From: Candidatus Aenigmatarchaeota archaeon
GTDB lineage: Archaea; Aenigmatarchaeota; Aenigmatarchaeia; Aenigmatarchaeales; Aenigmatarchaeaceae
Reading direction: 5' to 3'
DNA: 64,000 nt
NCBI GenBank assembly: GCA_043814985.1
Contig: JBDRJK010000019.1
Coordinates: 56,561-120,560, forward strand
The notes under the pieces are model-generated. The model saw nothing but the letters and a program-made list of their open reading frames with translations, ran no database searches and was not told the DNA's origin. Both the position numbers and the translations under genes were made by a program. This document shows, piece after piece, positions 36,770-46,397 of this stretch. Numbering within the stretch: position 1 is the stretch's first letter; each line of letters begins with the position of its first letter.

Positions 36770-37025
36770 GATGAAGAGCGATGATGTCAAGCAGTTCGAG
36801 GATTTGAAGAACCAGACTCTCAGGAAGGTCCTGTCCAAAAACGCCCTTGAAAGGCTTGGTAGAGTTAAGCTGGCAAACCCTGTGCTTGCGACCCAGTTGG
36901 AGATGTACTTGCTTCAGGCTTTCCAGACTGGCCAGTTGAAGGGAAACGTTGATGATAAAAAGCTGAAACAGATTCTCAATATCCTAGTTCCAAAAAAGAG
37001 GAAGACGAGTATCAAGAGAAAGTGA
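36762..37025 (+). CDS. PDCD5/TFAR19-family dsDNA-binding protein (COG2118)
   Basis: LRKVLSKNALERLGRVKLANPVLATQLEMYLLQAFQTGQL; conserved position after S19e. Confidence 0.7.
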   Translation: MDKMKSDDVKQFEDLKNQTLRKVLSKNALERLGRVKLANPVLATQLEMYLLQAFQTGQLKGNVDDKKLKQILNILVPKKRKTSIKRK

Positions 37026-37029
37026 TTAT

Positions 37030-37197
37030 ATGCCCAAGGCAAACCCATTAGCAAAAAAACTGAGACTGATAGCCGCTGGCAAGAAGAAGCCAGCTCCTAG
37101 ATGGGCTGATCTGAAAAAGCATGGGAAGAGAGCTAGGACCAGAAGAATTGCTGTTCATGTTACAAAGCACTGGAGAAGAGGAAGACTAAAGAAATAA
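37030..37197 (+). CDS. rpl39e: Ribosomal protein L39e-like (55 aa)
   Basis: Hand translation MPKANPLAKKLRLIAAGKKK...KHWRRGRLKK; expected position in the S19e-COG2118-L39e-L31e cluster. Confidence 0.5.
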   Translation: MPKANPLAKKLRLIAAGKKKPAPRWADLKKHGKRARTRRIAVHVTKHWRRGRLKK

Positions 37198-37208
37198 TAC
37201 TCTGACTA

Positions 37209-37913
37209 TTATTTTATATTCATTCCAAGCAATTTTAAAACATTTCTTACAAGAGGATGATTCATTATCCTGTCCAGACCATCCAGTTTTTCTATTGTGG
37301 CCAATATACCCAGAGTGTAGAGACCGTATAACAGTGGTATGAGAAGGGAAAACCCATTGGGATAACCGTAGCTACCGCTTCCAATAACTGTTATTTCAAC
37401 TATAATATCAACAACAGCGATAACCATGGCCAATATCAGGGCACTCTCCCTGTTTTTCTTTGGAATGTTCGCTATGCCCCACAAGCCTACCACTATTGCC
37501 AGTGGCATCATGTCAGGTAGTGGCTCCAGATAGAGGTCCCTGATATAAAGTACGAGCGCAGAGAAAATCAGAGCATAGAAAATGGCGTTTGCCCCTATTA
37601 GGAATTTTACTTTTTTAAAATTCAGGAATAAGAACCTGACAATGACTCCAAGTGAGAAAAATAAAAACACCAACTCTACGGGTACCAGCCCAAAGACAAA
37701 GAAGAGGGATTCATTGTATGTCCAGTGTCCGTTCAGCGTGCCAAAGTATTCAAAAATGAAATCTGCAAGTGCTACAATAAGGCCTATTCTCCAGTACTTT
37801 TCAATTTCCTTTAATTCCTTCCTCTTGAGAATTATAATCAGCACCGAGAGTGCTGTTGCGAAAAGCGATAGTAATGTCAAGTAGCCTAGCATGGTCGATA
37901 CCTTATTACTCAA
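37209..37913 (-). CDS. Polytopic membrane protein, unknown function
   Basis: Six or more hydrophobic helices; inserted within a conserved ribosomal gene cluster. Confidence 0.4.
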   Translation of the reverse strand: MSNKVSTMLGYLTLLSLFATALSVLIIILKRKELKEIEKYWRIGLIVALADFIFEYFGTLNGHWTYNESLFFVFGLVPVELVFLFFSLGVIVRFLFLNFKKVKFLIGANAIFYALIFSALVLYIRDLYLEPLPDMMPLAIVVGLWGIANIPKKNRESALILAMVIAVVDIIVEITVIGSGSYGYPNGFSLLIPLLYGLYTLGILATIEKLDGLDRIMNHPLVRNVLKLLGMNIK

Positions 37914-37947
37914 TGATGTTTTTTCTACCTCAAATATCTTTCACTCT

Positions 37948-38808
37948 CTATGTTAATAGTTTCAATTCTTCCATTCTCTTCTTAGCATCTATCGAGCTTC
38001 TGAAAAGGTGCCAAAATATCTTTTGCAACCATTCAACCCATTGCTCATCATAAATATAGTAAAGAATGTACATCTTTTCTTTCATCTCGTCCTTTGAGTA
38101 GTCCTTGGGATCCAATGATTCCCTTAGGATAGCTACCTTGTTGTCTATTATGTTGCCTCTTATGGGATGGAAGCAGTGTCTTACCTCAACAACATCTCTT
38201 CCTGTCTTCTGGTTTATTGAGAGAACATTCTGTATATTGTCTATGCCTGCCAATTCCACCCTGTTCAAGAACTTCAGTGAAATTTTATCTTTGCCCATAA
38301 CCTCCAAAACATTAAAGATTCTCTTCTTTTGGTCTGTTAGGTTGACAAATGATAGATTCCCTGATAAAAATAATATTTGCTTCTCTGCTTGCCTGAGCTC
38401 GTTCACAAATTCTTTGAAATGCGAGGATGAACTATATTCTTTTTTATTGATCATCTTCATTTCTTTCTTGTCATTGTCAATGAACTGGAATATTTCTGAA
38501 GGGCTGAAGTCTTTGTGGTACCTGCCAAAAATTATTTGTTTGAAAAGTCTTTCTTGAATATTAGATGCATGGAATTTCTCCATATTATTCCAGAAAACAA
38601 CCTTTAGCGAGCCTCTGGTACCTCCCCTGAAGACCCTTGAGGAGATGGTTCCCTGTTCCTTTTCTATTTTTTCCACATAATTGTTGGCTGTTCTCCAGTT
38701 AATATTAATGTACTTCGCTATCTCATTGATGCTTCTAGGCTTCTGATAGACGAATTCATTGATTTTCTTTGTTATTTCCTTGGTTAGAACCATGCTAATA
38801 ATATACAA
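37948..38808 (-). CDS. Winged-helix domain protein (N-terminal HTH SINEIAKYININWRTANNYV), unknown C-terminus
   Basis: ORF track; HTH-like N-terminus. Confidence 0.4.
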   Translation of the reverse strand: MYIISMVLTKEITKKINEFVYQKPRSINEIAKYININWRTANNYVEKIEKEQGTISSRVFRGGTRGSLKVVFWNNMEKFHASNIQERLFKQIIFGRYHKDFSPSEIFQFIDNDKKEMKMINKKEYSSSSHFKEFVNELRQAEKQILFLSGNLSFVNLTDQKKRIFNVLEVMGKDKISLKFLNRVELAGIDNIQNVLSINQKTGRDVVEVRHCFHPIRGNIIDNKVAILRESLDPKDYSKDEMKEKMYILYYIYDEQWVEWLQKIFWHLFRSSIDAKKRMEELKLLT

Positions 38809-38867
38809 CTATGTGTATAAAAAAGTGTATGTAATATACATATTTTGTACAACTATAAACTAATTAT

Positions 38868-39167
38868 ATGAAAAGAAATGTGAATTGGAAAAAATTCAAG
38901 AAACTGCTTGATAAGAATGAAGCAGGGTATGGTGCCATCAAGTATAGAGAAACCGTTGATAAACTACTCGAGGACGAAATATTCAGCTTTAAGCCAGAAG
39001 GCAATTACCAGATAGTGGGGTGTAACGTGGTTCTTAATCCCCACTCACATATATTGACTCTCTATTTCACAAGAAAGTCTGACGCTGTCAAATATGCAAA
39101 TAAAAATTATGGCAATGCTTTATACGAGGTAATGGTTGACAAGATAGAAACTCTTGTTCGGAGTTGA
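38868..39167 (+). CDS. Hypothetical small protein
   Basis: ORF track only. Confidence 0.3.
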   Translation: MKRNVNWKKFKKLLDKNEAGYGAIKYRETVDKLLEDEIFSFKPEGNYQIVGCNVVLNPHSHILTLYFTRKSDAVKYANKNYGNALYEVMVDKIETLVRS

Positions 39168-39582
39168 TTAAATGTCTATGCATCCTGATATAATTAAACT
39201 GACACATGAATTGTTTCCTGTAATAGCTGAATTTATAATCCAAAAAGAAAAGGAAAAGGAAAGGAAGGGGTTTCAGAGCCGCAAATACATCAATACTTTC
39301 ATAAGTTGAGCCAGGAGGGAGGTGTAGATGGTTTGACATTCAGATATGAGACATTGGAAAGGCCATGGAGTACACAATTAGAACAAGTCATAACAAACAA
39401 TACTAGAAGTGGACGAATCGAACAAATTGGGAACTCTTTAAACCTCACCGTATACGGCAGAAGTTTAATGGACAAAAAATAGAAATTTAGTCAAGTTCTT
39501 TAGACCAAATGGAAGAGCCCCTAGAAGAGATTCATTATCAGTAATATTAAACCTTTAAATATTTCTCCTTCATTTTATTGTT

Positions 39583-40056
39583 ATGGCTGAAGAGAAAATA
39601 TTCACAATTCCCTTGAGAGATATATTTTCAAAGGAAAGAGTCAGAAGGGCTCAAAACGCATCTAGGCTAGTTAGGAAATTCTTGATCAAGCACATGAAGT
39701 CTGAGAACGTTAAAGTAGGGAACTCTATTAATGAGAACATTTGGAAAAGGGGAATGCAGAAGCCTCCAAGAAAGGTCAGGATTCATGCTGTCAAAGAGGA
39801 AGATATTGTTTATGCTGAATTATTGGGTGTCGAGATAAAGACACCTTCCAAAGAAGAGTTGAAGAAGAAGGACGAGAAGAAGAAGCAAAAGAAGGAAAAG
39901 ATAAAGGAAGAGAGGAAGGAGAGGAAGAAGATGTCAATACAAGAGGAAATAGCCGAGGAAGTTAAAGGAAAGCCAAAGGAAATACCAGAAATCAAAGAAG
40001 AGGTTCCGAAAGAAGAACCAAAAAAGGAAGAACCTAAGAAAGAAGACAAGAAATAG
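39583..40056 (+). CDS. rpl31e: Ribosomal protein L31e with K/E-rich C-terminal extension
   Basis: MAEEKIFTIPLRDIFSKERVRRAQNASRLVRKFL...NENIWKRGMQKPPRKVRI matches L31e; tail KKKDEKKKQKKEKIKEERKE... Confidence 0.75.
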   Translation: MAEEKIFTIPLRDIFSKERVRRAQNASRLVRKFLIKHMKSENVKVGNSINENIWKRGMQKPPRKVRIHAVKEEDIVYAELLGVEIKTPSKEELKKKDEKKKQKKEKIKEERKERKKMSIQEEIAEEVKGKPKEIPEIKEEVPKEEPKKEEPKKEDKK

Positions 40057-40086
40057 TTTAAATACTTCTGTTTCTAATTTCAAGAC

Positions 40087-40755
40087 ATGCCTTTCAAATT
40101 TTCAAAGATAGAATTTAACGGGGACCCAAACATAGGTCTGTACGGCTTTGCCACGAATGATTATTGTGTTCTGGGAATCGATCCGCGGAAAAAAATTCTT
40201 GAGCAGATAAAGAAAACTTTAAAGGCTGACATCAAGGTATCAACAATAACCGGGACACAGCTAATAGGTCTTTTTGCCTCGGGAAATTCTAACGGGATAG
40301 TCCTGACAAAGATAATTGAAAATTATGAATTGAACAAGCTGAAGAAGCTGTTTGGTATAAACTTGGAAGTCATAAAGCCAAGGGAAACCGCCTTAGGGAA
40401 TCTTATACTTTGCAATGACAATGGTTGTATAATATCCAAGAGTCTTTTCAAATACAAGAAGGCCATATCTGATGCTCTAGGATGCGAGGTTGTTGTTGGG
40501 AAGGTTGCGAATGTTGACATAGTCGGTTCAGTAGCAATCGCATCCAATGTAGGTTGTCTATGCCACAGGGAGGCAACAAAGCAGGAAATGGAGAAGATTG
40601 AAAAACTCTTAAAGGTTAAAGTTGATGTAGGAACTGTGGGCTATGGCAGTCCTTTTATAAAATCAGGATTAATTGTTAATAGTAAGGGAGCCCTATATTC
40701 AGAAGGAACAACAGGAGCTGAATTAGGAAGGATATCAGAAGTATTTGGTGAGTGA
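40087..40755 (+). CDS. eif6: Translation initiation factor 6 (aIF6)
   Basis: FNGDPNIGLYGFATNDYCVLG and five-fold repeat architecture; 222 aa. Confidence 0.85.
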   Translation: MPFKFSKIEFNGDPNIGLYGFATNDYCVLGIDPRKKILEQIKKTLKADIKVSTITGTQLIGLFASGNSNGIVLTKIIENYELNKLKKLFGINLEVIKPRETALGNLILCNDNGCIISKSLFKYKKAISDALGCEVVVGKVANVDIVGSVAIASNVGCLCHREATKQEMEKIEKLLKVKVDVGTVGYGSPFIKSGLIVNSKGALYSEGTTGAELGRISEVFGE

Positions 40756-41164
40756 AATGACAAAAAAGCAAGAAGATATACAGAAGAAGGCAGTGCAATT
40801 CCAGATTTTGGAATCTAATTTGAAAATGCTTCAGGAAAGAGCAGGGGAAATCAACCAGAGGTTGAACGAATTCCTGCAGACCAAGTCAGCAATAGAGGAG
40901 CTGAAGACAACCAAGCCAGAAAAAGCCATGATACCCTTGGGAAGCGGGAACTTTATTTTCGGTACTGTTGAAAACAGCGATGACATAATTGTCGGCGTTG
41001 GAAGCGGTATTGCAGTAAAGAAAAAGAGGGAAGAGGCCTTGAAAATTCTTGATGCCAAGATAACAGAATCGCAGAATGCAATGAACGATATCACAAAAAA
41101 ATCCCAGGGTTTGATACAGAGCTTGGAAAGAATACAGCTTGAGATACAAGAGTTGCAGAGGTGA
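40745..41164 (+). CDS. pfdA: Prefoldin alpha subunit
   Basis: Coiled coil, central beta-hairpin region (MIPLGSGNFIFGTV...VGVGSGIAV), coiled coil; conserved position before ftsY. Confidence 0.6.
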   Translation: MVSEMTKKQEDIQKKAVQFQILESNLKMLQERAGEINQRLNEFLQTKSAIEELKTTKPEKAMIPLGSGNFIFGTVENSDDIIVGVGSGIAVKKKREEALKILDAKITESQNAMNDITKKSQGLIQSLERIQLEIQELQR

Positions 41165-42740
41165 TAGCATGTTCGGTTTTCTAAAAAAGAAGTTGAAAGA
41201 AGGAATAGATAAAATTTCTAAGAAAGTAAAGAAAAGGGAAGAGGAGATAATAGAGGAAGCTGTTGAGGAAATAAAAAAAGAGGAACAGATAGAAGAACCT
41301 AAAGAGGAATTGGTAAAGGAAGTCGAGGAAGAATTGGAGGAAGTTGTAGAAGAAGAGCCAGAAGTTGTTGAAGAACCTAAAGTTGAGGAAATCAAACCTG
41401 AAATTGAAGAAGTAGTTGAAGAAATCAAAGAAGAGATACCTGAAGTTATTGAAGAACCTGAGATTGAGAAAGAAACAATAGAAGAGGAAACCACTGTTGA
41501 GCCTGAGGTTAAAGAACCCACTGTTCTTGAAGAAGTTAAAGAAGAATTAAAGAAAGAGGAAATCAAACCGGAGATAGAGGAAGCCAAACCTGAAGTCAAA
41601 ATAAAGGAAAAGCCTAAAAAGGAGAAGGGTTTTCTTGAGAAATTTAAGGAAAAGGTATCACATGTTGTTAAAGAAGAACCAGTTGAGCCTGAAATAAAGG
41701 AAGAACCCGAAAAGGAAATCAAGCCGGAAGTGAAGGAAGAGATTAAGCCTGAAATCAAAATAAAGAAAAAACCTAAAAAGAAAGTAAAGGAAATTCCAAA
41801 GGAAAAGCATGTCATTGAAAAACCGACGGAAGTAAAGCCTGTTGAAGAACTGAAAGAGGAAAAGAAGGCAGGCATTCTCAAGAGAATAAGGAGAAAGGTT
41901 ACTGAGAAGAAGATAAGCGAGGAAGATGTAAAGGAAATGCTTGAGGACTTCAGGAAGGGTTTGATTGAGTCTGATGTTGCTGTTGATGTTTCTGAAAAAA
42001 TTGTAAATGATTTGAAGGGAAATCTTGTGGGCAAGTTCCTAAAGAGAAGCGAAGTCGAAAAAATTATCAAGGAATCTTTCAGGAAATCTATTTTAGAGGT
42101 TTTGGATGTTGATGGCATTGACCTGATAGAAAAAGTGAAATCCAAAAAGCCGTTTATAATTATTTTCCTTGGTTTCAATGGTTCTGGCAAGACAACAACC
42201 ATTGCAAGGATAGGTCACTTGTTAAAACAGAAGGGTTTCACTTGTGTCCTTGCTGCTGCGGACTCTTGGAGGGCAGCTGCCATTGAGCAACTGGAGGTTC
42301 ATGGCAAGAATCTCGGCCTCACTGTTATCAAGCACAAGTACGGTGCAGACCCGGCTGCTGTTATTTTTGATGCAGTCAAGCACGCAAAGGCCAAGGACAT
42401 TGATGTTGTCCTTGCTGACACTGCTGGCAGGAGCCATGCCAATACCAATCTTGTTGACGAGTTGAAGAAAATAGTAAGAGTGAATAAGCCTGACATGAAG
42501 GTTCTTGTTCTGGACGCATTGACAGGAAACGACATCTACGACCAGTGCAAAATTTTCAATGATGCTGTTGGTGTTGATGCCTTGGTTATAACAAAGGCAG
42601 ACGTTTACGAGAAAGGCGGTGCAGCACTTTCAGCTTCCCACACCATAAACAAGCCAATATTATATCTCGGAGTGGGTCAGAACTACGAGGACCTGGAGAA
42701 GTTTGACCCGGAAAAGATTGTAGAGAAACTTTTAGAGTAA
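41139..42740 (+). CDS. ftsY: SRP receptor FtsY with about 300-aa E/K/P/V-rich acidic N-terminal domain
   Basis: C-terminal NG domain GFNGSGKTTTIARIG, DTAGR, TKAD motifs. Confidence 0.85.
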   Translation: MRYKSCRGDSMFGFLKKKLKEGIDKISKKVKKREEEIIEEAVEEIKKEEQIEEPKEELVKEVEEELEEVVEEEPEVVEEPKVEEIKPEIEEVVEEIKEEIPEVIEEPEIEKETIEEETTVEPEVKEPTVLEEVKEELKKEEIKPEIEEAKPEVKIKEKPKKEKGFLEKFKEKVSHVVKEEPVEPEIKEEPEKEIKPEVKEEIKPEIKIKKKPKKKVKEIPKEKHVIEKPTEVKPVEELKEEKKAGILKRIRRKVTEKKISEEDVKEMLEDFRKGLIESDVAVDVSEKIVNDLKGNLVGKFLKRSEVEKIIKESFRKSILEVLDVDGIDLIEKVKSKKPFIIIFLGFNGSGKTTTIARIGHLLKQKGFTCVLAAADSWRAAAIEQLEVHGKNLGLTVIKHKYGADPAAVIFDAVKHAKAKDIDVVLADTAGRSHANTNLVDELKKIVRVNKPDMKVLVLDALTGNDIYDQCKIFNDAVGVDALVITKADVYEKGGAALSASHTINKPILYLGVGQNYEDLEKFDPEKIVEKLLE

Positions 42741-43238
42741 TTATCTTGGTATTATAATTCCACTCAAATCCTCATAATTTCCTTCTAGATAGGCTTTTGC
42801 GGTTAAAGCGCACAGTAAAGCATCATACTCGTCCTTGTTCTTTCTAGGTTCCTTGCTTAATCCAAGAACCTTTTCTGATGCTTTAGAGAATACTTCTATC
42901 ACCCTGTATTTTCTTTCAATCAGAATCTTGACAAGCTTGATTGCCCTTATCACAAGTATCCTCATTGTTGGAAATAGAGGCGAAACAGGTTGGAATCCCC
43001 GCTTCATTAGTTTTTCGTCAGCAGGCCTCCATGCTCCGGATTTGGGCATCCAGAAGGGAGCATCTATTGCTATGCAATCTGGCTTGATTAAGTCAATCTC
43101 ATTGATGATATCAAGATCGCTGTAGAGTAATTTCGTCTCTGAGCCCTTCTCTGTTAATAGACAAAAACCAGTAGGGTTTTTAGACATTCCTGCAAGGTCT
43201 AGACCCACTACTTTCATATTAATATTTAAGAACATCAA
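42741..43238 (-). CDS. DUF429-like RNase H-fold protein
   Basis: VVGLDLAGMSKNPTGFCLL N-terminus and C-terminal DALLCALTAKAY resemble DUF429. Confidence 0.45.
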   Translation of the reverse strand: MMFLNINMKVVGLDLAGMSKNPTGFCLLTEKGSETKLLYSDLDIINEIDLIKPDCIAIDAPFWMPKSGAWRPADEKLMKRGFQPVSPLFPTMRILVIRAIKLVKILIERKYRVIEVFSKASEKVLGLSKEPRKNKDEYDALLCALTAKAYLEGNYEDLSGIIIPR

Positions 43239-43255
43239 AAATTAAACTGTTAGGT

Positions 43256-44578
43256 ATGCTTGAAAAACTAAGCCAAGGATTAAAGAACGCCATAGACAGG
43301 ATAACCAAGTCAGGATATGTAAACAAGGAGCTTGTCGATGATTTGGCCAAAGACATCAATAAGACTCTCTTGGCAGGAGACGTCAATGTAAAACTTGCGG
43401 ATTCTTTGACTAAAAGGATAAAAGACAGATCATTGAACGAGAAGCCACCAAAAGGTTTGACAGCAAAGGAGCACTTGGTAAAGATTGTTTATGATGAGCT
43501 GGTTAAATTCGTTGGTGATAAGCCGGAAATAATGATGAAGCCTGGCAAGATAATGTTTGTCGGTCTTTTCGCTGCTGGAAAAACAACATCAATAGGAAAG
43601 CTTGCCAACTTCTACAGGAAAAAAGGACTTAGACCAGCATTGATTGGTTGTGACATCCACAGGCCAGCTGCTATGGACCAGTTGTCACAGTTGGCTGAAC
43701 AAAACCATGTTCCTGTTTATGCTCCCAAGGATGTGAAGGACCCTGTTGAGATTGCAAAAACAGGCCTTCAGAAATTCAAGAAATATGATATCATAATTAT
43801 TGATGCTTCAGGTAGAAGCTCTTTGGATAATGAGTTGGCTGATGAGTTGAAGAAGCTGGGAGATTTTATAAAGCCTGACGAAGTCCTGTTGACAATACCA
43901 GCAGACTTGGGACAGGCAGCAGGGGAGCAGGCTGAAGGTTTCAAGAAACTGGTTGGAATAACAGGAATATTCCTTACAAAAATGGATGGAACAGCAAGAG
44001 GCGGCGGAGCTTTGACATCTTGTGCAATAACAGGGGCTCCGATAAAATTTATTGGAATAGGGGAGAAGCTGGATGCAATGGAAATTTTCGATCCTGAGAG
44101 GTTTGTCTCAAGGTTGATTGGTTTCGGTGACATGCAGGGCTTGTTGGAAAAGGCAAAGGAAGCAGAGTTCAAACCAGAAACAGCTGAAAAAATAATATCT
44201 GGCAAGTTCAGCATGGACGAGTTCTTTGAGCAGTTGCAGTCAATGCAGAAAATGGGTTCAATGAAATCTGTTCTTGGCTCTATTCCAGGAATGGCTTCAA
44301 TGAAGATGCCAAAGGACATGGATGTTAATAAACAGGAGCAGAAAATGAAGAAGTGGGGCTTTATGATTCAGTCAATGTCAAAAAAAGAAAGGGCAGACCC
44401 GACAACAATTAATCCCTCTAGAGTGAAAAGAATCGCCAAGGGTTCTGGGACACAAGAATCCGAGGTCAGGGAATTATTGAAAACCTACCAGCAGATGAAG
44501 AAGATGATGAAGATGTTTTCAAGCAAGAGAGGAGTTATGGGAAAAATGATGAAGAGATTCAAAGGCTTCAAATTATGA
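43256..44578 (+). CDS. srp54: Signal recognition particle protein SRP54
   Basis: GLFAAGKTTSIGKLA, DASGR, TKMDGTARGG, Met-rich M domain; 440 aa. Confidence 0.9.
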   Translation: MLEKLSQGLKNAIDRITKSGYVNKELVDDLAKDINKTLLAGDVNVKLADSLTKRIKDRSLNEKPPKGLTAKEHLVKIVYDELVKFVGDKPEIMMKPGKIMFVGLFAAGKTTSIGKLANFYRKKGLRPALIGCDIHRPAAMDQLSQLAEQNHVPVYAPKDVKDPVEIAKTGLQKFKKYDIIIIDASGRSSLDNELADELKKLGDFIKPDEVLLTIPADLGQAAGEQAEGFKKLVGITGIFLTKMDGTARGGGALTSCAITGAPIKFIGIGEKLDAMEIFDPERFVSRLIGFGDMQGLLEKAKEAEFKPETAEKIISGKFSMDEFFEQLQSMQKMGSMKSVLGSIPGMASMKMPKDMDVNKQEQKMKKWGFMIQSMSKKERADPTTINPSRVKRIAKGSGTQESEVRELLKTYQQMKKMMKMFSSKRGVMGKMMKRFKGFKL

Positions 44579-45156
44579 GGACCTTCATTCTTTACTCAAG
44601 AAAAGCCAGAACAGACAACAAATTCAGCATAGATGACCTGTTAGATTCTGGTGGGAGGATGGATGTTGTCTGCAGTTGTATAACTTCTGCTTTGTGGTTA
44701 TCACACAAGTCACGGGATGACACCAACTTTATTCTGGTTATGAACGGTCCGCCAAACCCTCCAGTATCAATCTGGTTTGACGGCTCAAAGTTATTGAAGG
44801 TCTATGTTGACGAGAAGACCAATGCGATGTGGATAAAGAAGCTCCTGTCATTCAAGTTCGATAAGGAATGGAAGGAAATCAGCGGGACCAAGATTTCCAG
44901 AAAAAGTTTTCAGGAAGTATTAAAGGAATTAAATGGAAAGGTTTATGTCTTGCATGAGAAGGGGACTCCCATCAAGGATGTGGAAATAGAGGAGAACCCC
45001 ATCTTCGTGTGCGGTGACAACATCGGCATACCCCATGCTGAGGAGAAGTTTTTGATTAACAGAGGAGCGGAAAAAGTTTCGTTGGGCAAGAAGGTTTATC
45101 TTGCTACATCATGCATATCAACTTTAAACTGGATATGCGACCAAAGAGGTATTTGA
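44575..45156 (+). CDS. trmY: tRNA (pseudouridine54-N1)-methyltransferase TrmY (SPOUT, COG1901)
   Basis: MRTFILYSRKA...DLLDSGGRMDVVCSCITSALWLSH matches TrmY N-terminal signature; adjacent to Pus10. Confidence 0.6.
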   Translation: MRTFILYSRKARTDNKFSIDDLLDSGGRMDVVCSCITSALWLSHKSRDDTNFILVMNGPPNPPVSIWFDGSKLLKVYVDEKTNAMWIKKLLSFKFDKEWKEISGTKISRKSFQEVLKELNGKVYVLHEKGTPIKDVEIEENPIFVCGDNIGIPHAEEKFLINRGAEKVSLGKKVYLATSCISTLNWICDQRGI

Positions 45157-46383
45157 ATGATTGAAAACATTTCAAAGGTTTTAGAAAAAAATCTATGTGA
45201 CCATTGTCTGGGAAGATTGTATTCTAGATTGTTGACAGGCATGACAAACGAGGAAAGGGGAAAGGCCATCAGGAAATTTGCAGCCATGATGATTGATGCC
45301 AAAGTAATTGACAATCCCGATATAGACTTTAATAACTTCCACGGTTTCAAATTCCGGAACAATGAGAGAGAAATAAAAAAGGGAAAGTGTTCTTTATGTT
45401 CCAACCTTTTTGACAAGCTTGACAGCTTTGCTGAAAAGGCTTATAAGAAAACAAATAGGCTTGAGTTTGAAAGCTTTCTTGTTGGTTCAAAAATCAGTGA
45501 TGATATTTTCAAGAAAGAGGAAAAGCTGTGGGAAGTAACTGGGATAGAGCTTGTCGAGTCAATTAAGTCCGAGATAAATAGGGAATTGGGAAAAAAGATA
45601 TGGGATTTGAACAAGAAGCCTGTCAATTTCAAGAAGCCTGACATACTCATAGTTGCGAATTTTGTGAATAACAAAATCGAAATAAAGATAAACTCGCTCT
45701 ATGTTCTAGGCTATTACAATAAATTGAAAAGAGGCATTCCTCAATCCAAGTGGGGGACTCCCGGCAAGTACAAGACATCTGTTCAGGAGATAATTGCCAA
45801 GCCTTTCATGAAAGCCACAAAGGGAAAGAGCAATTCATTTCATGGTTCTGGAAGAGAGGATATTGATGCTACATGTCTTGGTTGGAGACCTTTTGTTTTT
45901 GAAGTTATAGAACCTCTAAAGAGAAAAATAAATCTTAAGGAAATCGAGAAGCAGATAAACAAGAGCAAGAAGGTCAAGGTCAAAATTATTAAATTCTGTG
46001 ATAAGGATACAGTCATAAAAGTCAAGGAAGGGAGAGGTGACAAGACCTACAGAGCCCTTGTCAAACTGTCAAAACCAGTGGGGAAGAAAGAATTGGGAAA
46101 GCTCAAAGAGCTGAAAGTGTCAATATCACAGAGAACTCCTATCAGAGTTTCACACAGAAGAGCTGATTTGATAAGAAGGAGAAAAGTAAAGGAAATAAGC
46201 TACAAGCAAATCAACAGCAAGACCTTGGAAATCAAGGTAAAGGGCGCTGCTGGTCTGTATATCAAGGAGCTGGTCACTGGAGACAAGGGAAGGACCAAGC
46301 CTTCTGTTGCTGAGAAGCTCGGCTGCGAGGCGGTTGTGAAGGAGCTCGATGTCATTAAAATCGAGAGACCAAAAAACTTATAA
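45157..46383 (+). CDS. pus10: tRNA pseudouridine(54/55) synthase Pus10
   Basis: N-terminal zinc motif CDHCLGRL...C, catalytic region GSGREDIDATCLGWRPFVFEV; 408 aa. Confidence 0.7.
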   Translation: MIENISKVLEKNLCDHCLGRLYSRLLTGMTNEERGKAIRKFAAMMIDAKVIDNPDIDFNNFHGFKFRNNEREIKKGKCSLCSNLFDKLDSFAEKAYKKTNRLEFESFLVGSKISDDIFKKEEKLWEVTGIELVESIKSEINRELGKKIWDLNKKPVNFKKPDILIVANFVNNKIEIKINSLYVLGYYNKLKRGIPQSKWGTPGKYKTSVQEIIAKPFMKATKGKSNSFHGSGREDIDATCLGWRPFVFEVIEPLKRKINLKEIEKQINKSKKVKVKIIKFCDKDTVIKVKEGRGDKTYRALVKLSKPVGKKELGKLKELKVSISQRTPIRVSHRRADLIRRRKVKEISYKQINSKTLEIKVKGAAGLYIKELVTGDKGRTKPSVAEKLGCEAVVKELDVIKIERPKNL

Positions 46384-46397
46384 AATTTCGGTTCCTA

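Noticed and set aside
39810-40049. 79-aa minus-strand ORF inside rpl31e tail
   Set aside because: Antisense of the Lys/Glu-rich L31e extension. Spurious.
40886-42202. 438-aa minus-strand ORF antisense to ftsY
   Set aside because: Ser/Phe/Leu-rich low-complexity product produced by the reverse complement of the GAA/AAG-rich FtsY A-domain. Spurious.
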